NCBI GenBank assembly: GCA_003222195.1
Contig: QHVB01000033.1
Coordinates: 2,808 to 66,807 of the forward strand
Length of the DNA stretch: 64,000 bases
Direction of reading: 5' to 3'
From: Gemmatimonadota bacterium
GTDB taxonomy: Bacteria; Gemmatimonadota; Gemmatimonadetes; Gemmatimonadales; GWC2-71-9
Part shown: positions 36,323 through 47,394 of the stretch, piece after piece
How the letters are laid out: each line of letters begins with the position of its first letter
How positions within the stretch are numbered: position 1 is the first letter of the stretch
Notes under the pieces: generated by a model
What the model was told of the DNA's origin: nothing
The model's database searches: none
What the model saw: the letters and a program-made list of their open reading frames with translations, nothing else
Translations under genes and position numbers: made by a program

Positions 36323-37602
36323 CACGCGGCCACTTTCTCACCCATCAGCGCATCGGCAAAGTCATGCGACAACCTGATGGGCATCGGCAACTGCGTGGCG
36401 AGCTGGTGAGCTTCCAGGTCGTCCATGAACAGCAGATCGTCGTTGACCGACTCCGCCGGCAGCAACGCGAGATCGAGGTCAGTTCGGTCCTTCAGCGCAG
36501 CCAGCACGGCCTTGCCGGGAAGCAAGCCGGCGGTGGTCACCGCTGACCCGAAGAGGGTGTTCTCGAGCGCAAGCACCTCGAAATGCGCCCCAGTCGCCGA
36601 CGTCAGGTCGGCCACGACCTGCGGCATGAGCGGCCCCATGGCTGTCCCTGTGACGATGCCGATACGCTTTTCGCGCCAGCCATCGAACTCGAGCCGCGCC
36701 GCCTGAATGCGGGTCTGCAGATAGCGCACTGAGCCAACGCCGTTCTCGCGCTGCTCGAAGTCGCCATACCACTCCGCCGGCGGCAATAGCATGTCGGCCT
36801 GGAGATAGAGATCGTCGGCCCCGTAGCACCACGGCGCGCCACGATCCGCCACGGCGCGCGCCGCGAAATTGTCCACGGTGGCGAGCGCGGCGCGACACTC
36901 CTCGCGCGTCGGCTGCCGTACCAGCGCATGCTTGCTGAATTCCGTCAACGCCACGGGGACCACCGAGACCGACAGCACCGCCGGCCCCAGGCCATACAGG
37001 TCCGTCAACGTGCGCACCAGCTGCGGCCCGTCGTTGATGCCCGGCACCAGCACCACCTGCGTGTGGAACGCGATGCCCCGCTCCCCGAACCAGCGCAGTT
37101 GCGGAACGACCTCGGACGCCTCGGGATTGCGTAGGAGCCAGCGGCGCACCACCGGGTCGGTCGCATGCACGGACACATACAGCGGGGACAGCCGGTACTC
37201 CACGATCCGCTCGAGGTCCCACGGCTTGAGGTTGGTCAGCGTGGCGAAGTTGCCGTAGCGGAACGAGAGGCGGTAATCGTCGTCGCGGATGTAGAGGGCC
37301 TGGCGCATGCCCTGCGGGTTGCCATCCACAAAGCAGAAGTCGCAGTGATTGGCGCAGCGCCGGATGCGCGGCGGCTCCAGCATAACGCCCATCGGCAGCC
37401 CCTCCGGCCGCTCGACGTCGTACTCGATCTCCTCACCCGACGGCAACCGGGCCTGCAGCACGAACTGGTCATCCGCGGTCAGGAACTCCCAGTCGAGAAA
37501 GTCCTCGAGGGGACGGGCGTTGACCGCGAGCAGCTCGGTGCCTGGGATGAGTTCGAGGGCGGCGCCCAACGAGTCGGGTGCCACCGCCTGTACGCGAATC
37601 AC
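36322..37602 (-). CDS. DUF512 protein (PDZ-like N-terminus, radical-SAM-like CxxxCxxC, DUF512 C-terminus)
   Basis: GTG start. Carries the CANHCDFCF cluster motif. It sits upstream of der, a pairing I recall from several phyla. Confidence 0.8.
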   Translation of the reverse strand: MIRVQAVAPDSLGAALELIPGTELLAVNARPLEDFLDWEFLTADDQFVLQARLPSGEEIEYDVERPEGLPMGVMLEPPRIRRCANHCDFCFVDGNPQGMRQALYIRDDDYRLSFRYGNFATLTNLKPWDLERIVEYRLSPLYVSVHATDPVVRRWLLRNPEASEVVPQLRWFGERGIAFHTQVVLVPGINDGPQLVRTLTDLYGLGPAVLSVSVVPVALTEFSKHALVRQPTREECRAALATVDNFAARAVADRGAPWCYGADDLYLQADMLLPPAEWYGDFEQRENGVGSVRYLQTRIQAARLEFDGWREKRIGIVTGTAMGPLMPQVVADLTSATGAHFEVLALENTLFGSAVTTAGLLPGKAVLAALKDRTDLDLALLPAESVNDDLLFMDDLEAHQLATQLPMPIRLSHDFADALMGEKVAA

Positions 37603-37703
37603 TGCTGACCGCCTAGAGGTTCAAGGAGTTTCTGAAGCAAACGACGCAACTTCAACGGCTAATATCGCTTAGGAGATATGGCGCAGCAATACCTTACATC
37701 ACA

Positions 37704-37731
37704 GCAAAAGGGACCAGCGAGCGCTGGTCCC
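37704..37731 (-). terminator. Rho-independent terminator downstream of tRNA-Gly
   Basis: The stem GGGACCAGCG / CGCTGGTCCC (37710-37719 / 37722-37731) has a 2-nt loop. It is followed on the minus strand by TTTTGCTG. Confidence 0.55.
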
Positions 37732-37736
37732 TTGAG

Positions 37737-37808
<72 letters not shown>

Positions 37809-37828
37809 AGTCTGGGCGGAATGTGTTC

Positions 37829-39232
37829 TCACACCCCGCCCGCTGTCAACGCCGGATTGTGCCAACTGCTGTGCGCCGCAATGAGCGCCTCGGCCTCTGT
37901 CGGTCCCCACGAGCCGCGCTCGTACCGGATCGCCCGGGGATGGGTTTTGAGGACGGGATCGACCGCCACCCAGGCCGCCTCGATCGCATCCCATCGCGTG
38001 AAGAGCGCGCCGTCGCCGCTCATGGCGTCGGTCAACAGGCGCTCGTAGGGCGGTTGGGCGCCGACCAGCTCCTCGACCATATACAGCTCGCGTTGGTCGC
38101 CGACGAACTCCTTGCCCGGACGTTTGACGCGCGCCGCCAGGGCGACCGCGGCGTCGGGGGAGAGGCGGAAGCGCAGATAATTCGCCGGACCGGCCGGCGG
38201 CGCCGAGTCGGCGAACAGCTGCGCCGGCGGTGGCTTCAGCTCCACCAGCACCTCGGCGGCAGTCTCGGGGAGACACTTTCCCGAACGCAGATACCACGGC
38301 ACCCCCTCCCACCGCCATGAGTCGATGCAGAGTCGCACCGCGCAGAAGGTCTCGACATCGGAATCGCGCGCCACGCCCGATTCCTCCCGGTAACCGGCGT
38401 ATTGACCACGCACCAGATCACTCGGCTGCAGTGGTCGCATCGCTTCGAAGACCTTCGCCTTTTCGGTGTGGACCGCGCCAAAATCCCGGGTGACGGGCGG
38501 TTCCATGGCCAGGAGCGCGACAATCTGGAACAGGTGGTTTTGAATCACATCTCGCAGGCACCCCGTGGTCTCGTAGAAGGCCCCCCGGCCGTTCACACCG
38601 AACTGCTCGGCAAGGGTGATCTGGACGCTGGCGACATAGTTGCGATTCCAGATCGGTTCCAGGAAGGAATTGGCAAAGCGGAAGTAGAGGATGTTCATGA
38701 TCGCCTCCTTCCCCAGGAAATGATCGATCCGGAAGATCGCGTCCTCGGGGAACACCGCCCGCGCGACAGCGTTGAGTTCGCGCGCGGAGGCCAGATCGCG
38801 GCCGAACGGCTTTTCGACGATGACCCGCGCGTGGTCTGCCAGACCGGCAGCGCCGATCCCTTGAATGACGGTCGCAAATAGCGCGGGAGGGATCGCGAGA
38901 TAGTGCGTGGGGCGTCGCGACTTCCCCAACGCATTCTTGAGCGCCGCGTAGGTCTCCGGGTTGTTGTAGTCCCCGGACACGTACTGGAGGAGGGACAGGA
39001 GGCGACTGAGCGCGCGCTCTTCCATCGGGGCGCCGGACTGCGTGACGCTGTCGGTGACCCGCGCGCGCAGCTGCGCCACACTCCACGATCGGGAAGCCAC
39101 TCCGACCACTGGAACGGTGAGGACACCCCGCTGGACCATCGCGTAGAGCGCGGGAAAGATCATCTTGTGAGCGAGGTCGCCCGTCAGGCCGAACAATACG
39201 AGCGCATCGGACGCTGCCGGACGGTCAGTCAT
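37829..39232 (-). CDS. zwf: Glucose-6-phosphate 1-dehydrogenase
   Basis: Features are [20 protein letters not shown] and the RIDHFLGKE active-site motif. ATGA overlap with pgm. Confidence 0.95.
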   Translation of the reverse strand: MTDRPAASDALVLFGLTGDLAHKMIFPALYAMVQRGVLTVPVVGVASRSWSVAQLRARVTDSVTQSGAPMEERALSRLLSLLQYVSGDYNNPETYAALKNALGKSRRPTHYLAIPPALFATVIQGIGAAGLADHARVIVEKPFGRDLASARELNAVARAVFPEDAIFRIDHFLGKEAIMNILYFRFANSFLEPIWNRNYVASVQITLAEQFGVNGRGAFYETTGCLRDVIQNHLFQIVALLAMEPPVTRDFGAVHTEKAKVFEAMRPLQPSDLVRGQYAGYREESGVARDSDVETFCAVRLCIDSWRWEGVPWYLRSGKCLPETAAEVLVELKPPPAQLFADSAPPAGPANYLRFRLSPDAAVALAARVKRPGKEFVGDQRELYMVEELVGAQPPYERLLTDAMSGDGALFTRWDAIEAAWVAVDPVLKTHPRAIRYERGSWGPTEAEALIAAHSSWHNPALTAGGV

Positions 39233-40878
39233 CCGGCGAGCGCGCGGTCGACAATCACCTGCGCCTCCTGCACGATGCGGTTCAACTGTTCCCTCCCCCG
39301 GAAGCTCTCGGCGTAAATCTTGTAAAGATCTTCAGTTCCCGATGGCCGAGCGGCGAACCACCCGGTCGCGGCGCTGACCTTCACGCCCCCGATTGGTGCG
39401 TGGTTGGCCGGAGCTTCGTTGATGATGCTCTGGACCTTTTCCCCGGCGAGCTCTGCGCACTGCACCTGGCCGGGTGAGAGCGCCGCGAGCCGCCGCTTTT
39501 GTGCCGGAGTCGCGGGCGCCTCGACCCGATCGTACGCCGGCGCGCCGAACTCGCCCGTCAATTCACCGTAGAGCTCTCCCGGGTCGCGGCCGGCCCGCGC
39601 CATGATCTCGGCCGCGAGCAGTGCCAGCACGATGCCATCCTTGTCCGTGGTCCACGCGGTTCCGTCGCGGCGCAGCAACGTCGCTCCGGCACTCTCTTCC
39701 CCGCAGAAGCCGAGGGACCCGTCGCCGAGGCCCGCGACGAACCACTTGAAGCCGACCGGCACCTCGTGGAGCCGCCGGCCGAGCTTCGCGCTCACCCGAT
39801 CGATCATGCCGCTGCTCACAACAGTCTTCCCGACCCCGGCGTCCGCGCCCCACTGCGGCCGATGCGGGAAGAGATGCTGGATAGCGACCGCGAGATAATG
39901 ATTGGGCGGCAGGAGCCCCGTGCTCCGCGTGACGACCCCATGCCGATCGTGATCCGTATCGCAGGCGAAGGCGATGTCGAAGCGGTCCCTCAGGCCGATC
40001 AGCCGCTGCATCGCATAGGACGACGACGGGTCCATCCGGATGCGACCGTCCCAATCCACCGACATGAACCGGAACGTCTGATCCACCACGTCGCTCACGA
40101 GCGTCAGATCGAGATGGTAGCGCTCCGCAATGGGAGCCCAATAGTCGACGCCCGCCCCACCGAGGGGGTCCACGCCCAGGCGAAGCCCCGCGCTCTGGAT
40201 CGCCGTCATATCGATGACGTTCCCCAAATCGCTGACGTACGCGTTGAGATAGTCGTGCCGGTGCGTGGTCGCGGCGCGCAGCGCCTTCTCGTATGGGATG
40301 CGTTTCACGCCTGCGAGGCCGCGCTCCATCAGTTCATTCGCCCGGGCTTCGATCCAGCTGGTGACGCCGCTATCGGCCGGTCCCCCAGTGGGGGGGTTGT
40401 ACTTGAATCCGCCGTTGTCCGGCGGATTGTGCGACGGCGTGACGACAATGCCGTCGGCGAGCCCTCCGCTCGTGGTGCGCCCGCGGTTGTAGCTCAGGAT
40501 GGCGTGTGATACCGCGGGCGTCGGTGTGTAGGCGTCGTGCTCGGCGAGCATGATGTCGATGCCGTCGGCTGCGAGCACCTCGACAGCGGTGGTGCAAGCC
40601 GGCACCGACAGGGCGTGCGTGTCGAAGCCGAGAAAGAGCGGGCCGCCAATCCCCTGCTGCCGGCGGTAGCGACAGATGGCCTCGCTGATCGCGAGCACGT
40701 GCCATTCGTTGAACGTCTTCTCGAACGATGACCCGCGATGGCCCGAAGTGCCGAAGGCGACGCGCTGGGCAGGCACCGAGGGATCGGGGATCTCGGCGTA
40801 GTACGCCGTGATCAGCTTCGCGACGTCGAGCAACATCGCCGGCGGAGGTGGATGGCCTGCGAGGGGACTGATCTTCAT
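39229..40878 (-). CDS. pgm: Phosphoglucomutase (alpha-D-glucose phosphate-specific)
   Basis: 549 aa. Features are the TPSHNPP phosphoserine loop, FACDTDHDR metal loop and GEESAG sugar loop. Confidence 0.93.
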   Translation of the reverse strand: MKISPLAGHPPPPAMLLDVAKLITAYYAEIPDPSVPAQRVAFGTSGHRGSSFEKTFNEWHVLAISEAICRYRRQQGIGGPLFLGFDTHALSVPACTTAVEVLAADGIDIMLAEHDAYTPTPAVSHAILSYNRGRTTSGGLADGIVVTPSHNPPDNGGFKYNPPTGGPADSGVTSWIEARANELMERGLAGVKRIPYEKALRAATTHRHDYLNAYVSDLGNVIDMTAIQSAGLRLGVDPLGGAGVDYWAPIAERYHLDLTLVSDVVDQTFRFMSVDWDGRIRMDPSSSYAMQRLIGLRDRFDIAFACDTDHDRHGVVTRSTGLLPPNHYLAVAIQHLFPHRPQWGADAGVGKTVVSSGMIDRVSAKLGRRLHEVPVGFKWFVAGLGDGSLGFCGEESAGATLLRRDGTAWTTDKDGIVLALLAAEIMARAGRDPGELYGELTGEFGAPAYDRVEAPATPAQKRRLAALSPGQVQCAELAGEKVQSIINEAPANHAPIGGVKVSAATGWFAARPSGTEDLYKIYAESFRGREQLNRIVQEAQVIVDRALAG

Positions 40879-41609
40879 GGCGTTAGGTCAGCGGCCGCCG
40901 CTGCGTCCACGCACCAGCGCACGCGGCCATTGGACGGTGCGATCGCCTGCGCCGGCAACTCCTGCGGACGGCGGGGACCCTCGAGCACTCGACGGAGAAT
41001 GGCCGCCTTGGCGCCGCCGGAGACGAGGAACAAGACCTCGGCCGCGGCGTTGATGACCGCCGGCGTCAGGGTGATCCGCCACATGGACGCCGCGCTCGCA
41101 CGTGCGGCCAGCACCCAGCGTGTCTGCTCGTGAACGGCGGCGCTCCCCGGGAACAGCGATGCGGTATGCCCGTCCTCGCCCAGTCCCAAGAGGACGAGGT
41201 CGATGCGCGCTCCCGCCGGCGTCCGAAGCAAGGCCCGCAGCGTCGCTTCGTAGGCTTCCGCGGCGCTGGTGGGAGCGTCTTCGCCAAGGATGCGGTGCAC
41301 ATTCCCCGCGGGGACCGGTACGCGGTCGAGGAGGGTGTCGCGCGCCATGCGGTAGTTGCTCTCCATATGATCCGGCGGCACACACCGTTCGTCCCCCCAA
41401 AGAACCTGTACTCGCGACCACATCACCCTGGACACGAGAGCCTCCGTGGCGAGCTGGCGGTATGTGTCACGCGGCGTCGAGCCGCCCGAGAGCGCGACGA
41501 TGAACTGTCCACGCGAGGCAATCGCGTCCTCCGCGGCCGCGACGAAACGTGCCGCGGTTGCGTCGGCGAGCGCGGCGGCGCTGGGCAGCACCGCGAGATC
41601 AGCTCGCAT
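40875..41609 (-). CDS. pgl: 6-phosphogluconolactonase
   Basis: Features are ALSGGSTP, WGDERCVP and LGLGEDGHTASLFP. Confidence 0.88.
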   Translation of the reverse strand: MRADLAVLPSAAALADATAARFVAAAEDAIASRGQFIVALSGGSTPRDTYRQLATEALVSRVMWSRVQVLWGDERCVPPDHMESNYRMARDTLLDRVPVPAGNVHRILGEDAPTSAAEAYEATLRALLRTPAGARIDLVLLGLGEDGHTASLFPGSAAVHEQTRWVLAARASAASMWRITLTPAVINAAAEVLFLVSGGAKAAILRRVLEGPRRPQELPAQAIAPSNGRVRWCVDAAAAADLTP

Positions 41610-41638
41610 CGACCCTCAGCCCTCCGTCTTTCAAGAAT

Positions 41639-41669
41639 AAACGGCCGCCGCTATTCGCGACGGCCGTTT
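41639..41669 (-). terminator. Hairpin downstream of the TPR gene (possible terminator)
   Basis: The AAACGGCCG ... CGGCCGTTT stem has a 13-nt loop, followed on the minus strand by ATTCTT. It is weaker than a textbook terminator. Confidence 0.4.
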
Positions 41670-41687
41670 CATTTCGATTCTACAACG

Positions 41688-43238
41688 TCACTGCTTCTTA
41701 TACCGCCAAGCCGCGATGCTTGGCCCCGCCGGCTTCACCTCGAACTGCTGCGCCTGCCCGGGCGGCGCCTGCGCCACCTTCACGGTGTCGGTCGCGACCA
41801 CCTGTCCTTGAAGATTGAGGAACTCGAACACGATGTTGTACGGCTGATTCGGCCGCTCGCGCGTATTGGTGACCATCACCTTGACGTCACGCCCAGCATC
41901 CGTCGAGTCGAACAGCGTAATCGCCACATCCCCGACCAACGTCGAATCGGCGATTTTGTAGTAATACAACGCCGAGTCGATCTGGTGGTTCTGCTGCTGC
42001 GCGTACGCCATGATCTTGATCGACTGGCGGTTCATCGGATCGACGGAAAGCAGACGCCGCGACATCGCCAGCGCGTTCACGGAGTCGTGCAGTCCCAATG
42101 ACGTGTTCGCGAGGAAAATCAGCGTCTCACGATAGTAGGGGTTTATCCTGAGTGCGGCGCTGAGTGCCTGAGCCGCGAGCGTGAACGCCTCCTGCGAGCT
42201 CGCGAAGTACGCTTTGGCCATCGCCCGGCTCGTGGAATCACACGTCGCGCGAATGCGTGCCAGGGGTGGGGGCGGCCGCTTCGCCCGCGCCGCGCTGCGA
42301 CAGCTCGCGCCCGCAGCGGACGTGTCGGGGTCCTCCGGCACGCTCTGGGAGATCTCGGCACCGACCCGATAGAGCTGGTAATAGCCCATCGAGTCGCCTT
42401 TGCTGACGATCTGCCGGTACATCGTGAAAGCACTGTCCTTGTAAGCCGGCTCCTTACTCGAACGCTGCATATAGATGCTGCCCAACGCCGCCATGATCTC
42501 GGGATCGTTAGGATAGATCTTGAGATACTCGTGATAGGTCGCCTGGGCCTCGGCCAGCTTTTGCTGGCTGTGCTGAATGCGTCCCAGATTGTACAGCGCG
42601 TCCTTGCGATCCGACGCGAACTTCGGGTCCGTCGCAGCGACGTCCGCGGCGCGCCGGAAATAGAACAACGCCGAATCGGATTGGCCGGCGTTGTAGAACA
42701 GAATGGCGGAGTACTTGAATCCGGTTGGTTCGTTCGGCAGCAGCGCGTTGGAGCGGCGGAACGAGGCGATCGCGGAGTCGCTGTGGTTTGCCTGCCAGGC
42801 CGCGATCCCCGCGTTGAACGCCGGCACCCACAGGTACCGCCGCCACAAACCGATGTCGACCGCGCACTCGTGCTTGAGCGCCTCCGCATGACGGAACGCC
42901 GAATCCACGCCCTGCGGGTCGTCGGTCATGACGTAGTAGCGCCCCAGGTAGTACCACGCCGCAGGGTTCTTGTCCTGATCGCCCGTGACGGCCTGCGTCA
43001 GCACGCGCTGCGCGTCGGCCAGATCCTTCTTGCGCTGATCCTCGAATTTCGTCGTTGTCGCGCTCTTCAAGTACATGTAGCCCTGGTTCACCAGAAAATG
43101 ACCGGGTTTCAAGTCGCATTTGGGATCCGCCCACCGCCCCGCCTGCTGTTGTTGTTGCTGCTGTTGCTGCGCCGCCAGGCGCACCGTAAGCACACACAAC
43201 ATGAGGACCGAGAGATTGCGAACCGTTCGCACGTTCAC
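41688..43238 (-). CDS. Secreted TPR repeat protein with an N-terminal poly-Q tract
   Basis: Signal peptide MNVRTVRNLSVLMLCVLTVRLAAQ, then Q9, then multiple TPR-like repeats (AWYYLGRYY, ALYNLGRI, etc.). GTGA overlap with larC. Confidence 0.7.
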   Translation of the reverse strand: MNVRTVRNLSVLMLCVLTVRLAAQQQQQQQQQAGRWADPKCDLKPGHFLVNQGYMYLKSATTTKFEDQRKKDLADAQRVLTQAVTGDQDKNPAAWYYLGRYYVMTDDPQGVDSAFRHAEALKHECAVDIGLWRRYLWVPAFNAGIAAWQANHSDSAIASFRRSNALLPNEPTGFKYSAILFYNAGQSDSALFYFRRAADVAATDPKFASDRKDALYNLGRIQHSQQKLAEAQATYHEYLKIYPNDPEIMAALGSIYMQRSSKEPAYKDSAFTMYRQIVSKGDSMGYYQLYRVGAEISQSVPEDPDTSAAGASCRSAARAKRPPPPLARIRATCDSTSRAMAKAYFASSQEAFTLAAQALSAALRINPYYRETLIFLANTSLGLHDSVNALAMSRRLLSVDPMNRQSIKIMAYAQQQNHQIDSALYYYKIADSTLVGDVAITLFDSTDAGRDVKVMVTNTRERPNQPYNIVFEFLNLQGQVVATDTVKVAQAPPGQAQQFEVKPAGPSIAAWRYKKQ

Positions 43239-44407
43239 TCCTTGGCTTTAGCGAGAAGAGCCTCGGCGTCGCGCTCGACGGCGCGCGCCACCTCCAGCGG
43301 CGGGCGCCCCAATGCCTTCGCCGCCGCCAGCACATCATCGTATTCTGGCTTCACCCGGATGTTGCCGCCATCCAGCACCTTCACGCGCACCGCGACGCCG
43401 TCCAACCGCACGGTAAGCTGGTGCCGTGGCAGCGTCGCGCGCTCGGCGATCCAGCGCCGCACGCCGGCCGTGGTGCTGTGACGGAACAGCTCCGCCGTCA
43501 CGGCGTCCGCCAGCGTCTCGGGGGCCATTACCTCCACACGAAAACCAGAGCGGCCTTTCTTCATTTGCACCTGCCAGGTTTGCACGTCGAGCGCCCCCGC
43601 GCTCATCAACGCCTGCCGCAGCGGCTCGACATACTCAGGACTCATGTCATCCACGTCCGTGGCGAGCAGCACCACGCGGCCCGCTTCGCTCGCAGTTTCG
43701 GCAAGCAGAATGCGGAGTGCGTTCGGATAGGGCTTGGGATCGCGCTGCCCCGCGCCCCAGCCACTGCTCACCATCCGCCAGCGATCGGGCGGCGCGCCTG
43801 CCGAGAGTACGCGCAGCAGCGCTGCGCCCGTCGGAGTCGTCGCTTCGCCTTCCACGTGCCCCGTGGACGTCACCTCGAGTCCTTCCAGCAAAATGGCTGT
43901 TGCCGGCGCGGGCACCGGCAGGCGGCCATGGGCCGATTCCACCCACCCCTGCCCCACCGCCACGGGAAAGTGATGCACGGCTTCGACGCCGAGCCGTTCG
44001 AACCCCTCGATGGCGCCGACGATGTCCAGGAGCGCGTCGACAGCGCCGACTTCGTGCAGATGCACCTTCTCGGGCGCGACGCCGTGGACGCGTCCCTCCG
44101 CCTCGCCCACGAGGCGGAACGCGCGCACCGCGCGTTCTTTGACCCAATCGGAGATCGGCGCGCGTTCGACCAGCTGGACGAGGTCACCGACGTGACGGCC
44201 GTGCGGCTGCTCCGGGATGTCGAATTGCACCTGCCTGCAGGTGATGCCGGCCCGGCGAACATCGCGCACGCTAACGCTGATGTCACCGATACCAAGCCTT
44301 GCGGGCAACTCCTCGAGCCAGGATACGGGAACGCCCAGGGAGAGGAGGGCCCCCAAAGTCATGTCGCCGCTGATGCCGGCGGCTGGATCCAGGATGGCTA
44401 TGCGCAT
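43235..44407 (-). CDS. larC: LarC / DUF111 nickel-insertion protein (nickel pincer cofactor biosynthesis family)
   Basis: MRIAILDPAAGISGDMTLGALLSLG N-terminus with typical DUF111 length and layout. Confidence 0.8.
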   Translation of the reverse strand: MRIAILDPAAGISGDMTLGALLSLGVPVSWLEELPARLGIGDISVSVRDVRRAGITCRQVQFDIPEQPHGRHVGDLVQLVERAPISDWVKERAVRAFRLVGEAEGRVHGVAPEKVHLHEVGAVDALLDIVGAIEGFERLGVEAVHHFPVAVGQGWVESAHGRLPVPAPATAILLEGLEVTSTGHVEGEATTPTGAALLRVLSAGAPPDRWRMVSSGWGAGQRDPKPYPNALRILLAETASEAGRVVLLATDVDDMSPEYVEPLRQALMSAGALDVQTWQVQMKKGRSGFRVEVMAPETLADAVTAELFRHSTTAGVRRWIAERATLPRHQLTVRLDGVAVRVKVLDGGNIRVKPEYDDVLAAAKALGRPPLEVARAVERDAEALLAKAKE

Positions 44408-44434
44408 GGGCCGAAGTGTCGAAATATAAACGGC

Positions 44435-45589
44435 TTAGGCTCTGTAGAGCCACCCGGCGCCGGTGTTGAAGAGCACTACGCGCTGCTCGGGACGCAGCAC
44501 GCCCAGGTTCTTGAGCGCGACGGCACCTGACAAGGCCGCGCCGCCTTCCGGGGATGCGTCGATCCCCTCAGCGACTTGCAGCTCGCGCGCGGCCCCTGCA
44601 AGCGCTTCGTCACTCACGGCCACCGCGCCGCCTCCGCTGTCGCGCAGCGCCCGCAGCATGAGCCGGTCACCCAGCGGCGCAGGCACGCGCAAACCAGCCG
44701 CCACGGTTTTCGGATCTGGCCAGGGCTCGCATCGCTCGGCGCCCGCTTCGAAGGCCTGCACGACCGGGGCACAGCCGCTCGCTTGCACCGTGTACATCCG
44801 GGGCAGCGGCCCGCGCAGCCAGCCGGCTTGGCGCAGTTCCTGGAACGCCTTCCACATCCCAATCAGGCCCGTCCCGCCGCCCGTCGGATAGACGATCGCG
44901 TCGGGAAGCGTCCACGCGAACTGCTCGGCCAACTCGAGGCCGAGCGTCTTCTTGCCCTCGATGCGATACGGCTCTCTCAGCGTGGAGACGTCGATGGCGC
45001 CTGTATTGGTGGCGTGCAGCCGAGCCGCAATGCCACAGTCGCCGATGTGACCATCGAGGAGCATCAGATCTCCGCCAAACGCCCGGATCTGATCCAGGAT
45101 GGGACGCGGCGTCGTGGCGGGCGCGTACACGCGCGCCGACGCACCCGCGCGAGTCGCGTAGGCCGCGAGCGCGATGCCCGCATTGCCCGCGGTCGGTACC
45201 ACGAATTCTTTCGCGCCCGACAGCGCCGCTCGCGTGACCGCGGCAGCCAGTCCTCGCGCCTTGAACGATCCCGTGGGGTTTGTGCTTTCGTCCTTGACCC
45301 AGAGCTGGTCGAAACCTTGGCGCGCGGCGACGCGCTCCACTTTGAGCAGCGGCGTGCCACCCTCGCCGAGTGTGACAGGATGCTCTCCCTCGCGCAGTGG
45401 CAGCCACCCGTCATAGCGCCACATCGTCCAGCGCCGGCCGCCCAGATGGGTTTTCGCTTCCGGCGTTGGGAGCGTCGCATAGCGGACGAGATACGGCGAC
45501 CCGCAGACCTCGCACACGCCCGGAAATCCGTCGGCGTCACGCGTACGTGTGGGAACGCACGCCGAGCACTCCAGTGTCCAGGAGCTCAC
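44435..45589 (-). CDS. thrC: Threonine synthase (PLP-dependent, with an N-terminal Cys4 zinc-ribbon)
   Basis: GTG 45589 lies in a GTGA overlap with the uvrC stop. Features are CSAC...CEVCG and the PLP-Lys motif NPTGSFKARG. Confidence 0.82.
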   Translation of the reverse strand: MSSWTLECSACVPTRTRDADGFPGVCEVCGSPYLVRYATLPTPEAKTHLGGRRWTMWRYDGWLPLREGEHPVTLGEGGTPLLKVERVAARQGFDQLWVKDESTNPTGSFKARGLAAAVTRAALSGAKEFVVPTAGNAGIALAAYATRAGASARVYAPATTPRPILDQIRAFGGDLMLLDGHIGDCGIAARLHATNTGAIDVSTLREPYRIEGKKTLGLELAEQFAWTLPDAIVYPTGGGTGLIGMWKAFQELRQAGWLRGPLPRMYTVQASGCAPVVQAFEAGAERCEPWPDPKTVAAGLRVPAPLGDRLMLRALRDSGGGAVAVSDEALAGAARELQVAEGIDASPEGGAALSGAVALKNLGVLRPEQRVVLFNTGAGWLYRA

Positions 45590-47394
45590 GCGCGCTGATG
45601 CAACCGGTCGAGGATGCGATCCGCCAGTTTCGTGGAAAAGCCCGGCAATGCGGCGATCTCGGCCGGGGTCGCCGTGCGCACGCCTGCCAGCGAGCCGAAC
45701 CGTTCGAGGAGCAGTCGCCGGCGCGCGGGCCCGATGCCCGGAATCCGCAGCAACTCCGACGTGATGGTCCGCTGCGACCGCCGCTTGCGGCTGTACGTGA
45801 CGGCAAAGCGGTGTGCTTCGTCGCGGACCCGCTGCAGCAGCTTGAGCGAGGGGCTGCGACGCGACAGCCGCAGCGGCTCGCCGGAGTCCTGGAGGAAAAC
45901 CTCCTCGTCCCGTTTCGCGAGGCTCACGATCGGCAGACGTTCCTGCCCCAGCGCGCGCGCCGCTTCGACCGCGGCAGCCAATTGGCCCTTGCCTCCATCG
46001 ATCACGATCAAGTCCGGAATCTGTTTGTTTTCCGCAATTCGGCGAATGAGGAAGCGGGTCACCACTTCTTTCAGCGACGCGAAGTCGTCGATTCCTTCTA
46101 CACCCTTGATCCGATATCGCCGGTATTCGGCCTTGCGCGGGCGGCCGCCCTCGAACCACACCAGCGAGCCCACGGCGTCCTTGCCCTGGTTGTGCGAGAT
46201 GTCGATGCACACCATCGCCCGTGGCACGACGGGGAGGCCGAGATCTCGGCCCAGGGCGAACACCGGATCGGCCGCCCGTTCATCGATGTCGAACGTCTCG
46301 ATCTTGAAGCTGTCGAGCAGGTGGCGCGCGTTCTGGTCGGCCAGCTCGACGAGTTTGGCCGCCGACCCACGCTGGGGAACGGCGAACTCCACGCCGGGCG
46401 CGAGCTCGCGCAGCGCTTCGAGATCGGCCGGCGCAAACGGCAGCACGACGCGCTGCGCCCGCTGCTCGAGCGGGAGATAGTAGCCCACGAGGAACGTGCG
46501 CAGCACCTCGCCTTCCGGCGCGTGCTCGACGTGCTCCAGGAAGCGATGCTCGCGCGCGATGAGCTTGCCGTCGCGTACGCGGAGGATGACTCCCACCGCA
46601 TCATCACCGTCACGGACGAGGCTGATCGCGTCGGCGTCGCCGCCCCCGACGACCTCCACCGTTTGCGGCTGCTCGAGCTGGTCCAGCCATTTCAGGGCGT
46701 CCCGCAGCTGCGCCGCCCGCTCGTAGTCCTGCGCGTTGCTCGCTTCCTGCATGCGCTCGCGCAGTCGCGCCCGCACATCGAGCGTCTTTCCCGAGAGAAA
46801 CAGCAGCACGTCGTCGATCATGCGGCGGTAGTCTTCCATGCTCTGGTAGCCGACGCACGGAGCCTTGCAGCGCTCGATGTGATAGTCGAGACACGGCCGG
46901 TCGGGCGCTTCCTCGGGCAGGTTCCAAGCGCAGGACCGGACCGTAAAGATCCGGCGAATGATTTTCAGCGTCTGGCGGAGAGTGGCGACGTCGGTGTACG
47001 GACCGAAGTAGCGGGCGCCGGGGATCGTGACGCGCCGGACGACCAACACGCGGGGGAACGGCTCGGCGAGCGTGACGGCGACTTGCGGATAGCTCTTATC
47101 GTCCCGCAGCCGGATGTTGAACTTGGGCTGGTGTTCCTTGATCAGCGTGTTTTCGAGGAGCAGCGCCTGCGCCTCGTTCGGGACGATGATCGTCTCGAGG
47201 TCGGCGATCTGTCCTTGCAGGACCTCGCGCTCCGGGCTTCCCTGCTCGTCCGCGAAGTAGGCAGGCACGCGCGAGCGGAGGTTGGCCGCCTTCCCCACGT
47301 ACACAATCTCCCCGGCGGCGTCTTTCCAGAGATAGACGCCGGGGCGAGCGGGAAGTGCCGCTAGCTGGCGGGCGAGCCGGTCAGAGATTGCCAT
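45586..47394 (-). CDS. uvrC: Excinuclease ABC subunit C
   Basis: ATG 47394 gives ...PGVYLWKDAAGEIVYVGKAANLRSRV (GIY-YIG). A UVR domain, an endonuclease domain and a C-terminal (HhH)2 follow. Confidence 0.95.
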   Translation of the reverse strand: MAISDRLARQLAALPARPGVYLWKDAAGEIVYVGKAANLRSRVPAYFADEQGSPEREVLQGQIADLETIIVPNEAQALLLENTLIKEHQPKFNIRLRDDKSYPQVAVTLAEPFPRVLVVRRVTIPGARYFGPYTDVATLRQTLKIIRRIFTVRSCAWNLPEEAPDRPCLDYHIERCKAPCVGYQSMEDYRRMIDDVLLFLSGKTLDVRARLRERMQEASNAQDYERAAQLRDALKWLDQLEQPQTVEVVGGGDADAISLVRDGDDAVGVILRVRDGKLIAREHRFLEHVEHAPEGEVLRTFLVGYYLPLEQRAQRVVLPFAPADLEALRELAPGVEFAVPQRGSAAKLVELADQNARHLLDSFKIETFDIDERAADPVFALGRDLGLPVVPRAMVCIDISHNQGKDAVGSLVWFEGGRPRKAEYRRYRIKGVEGIDDFASLKEVVTRFLIRRIAENKQIPDLIVIDGGKGQLAAAVEAARALGQERLPIVSLAKRDEEVFLQDSGEPLRLSRRSPSLKLLQRVRDEAHRFAVTYSRKRRSQRTITSELLRIPGIGPARRRLLLERFGSLAGVRTATPAEIAALPGFSTKLADRILDRLHQRA

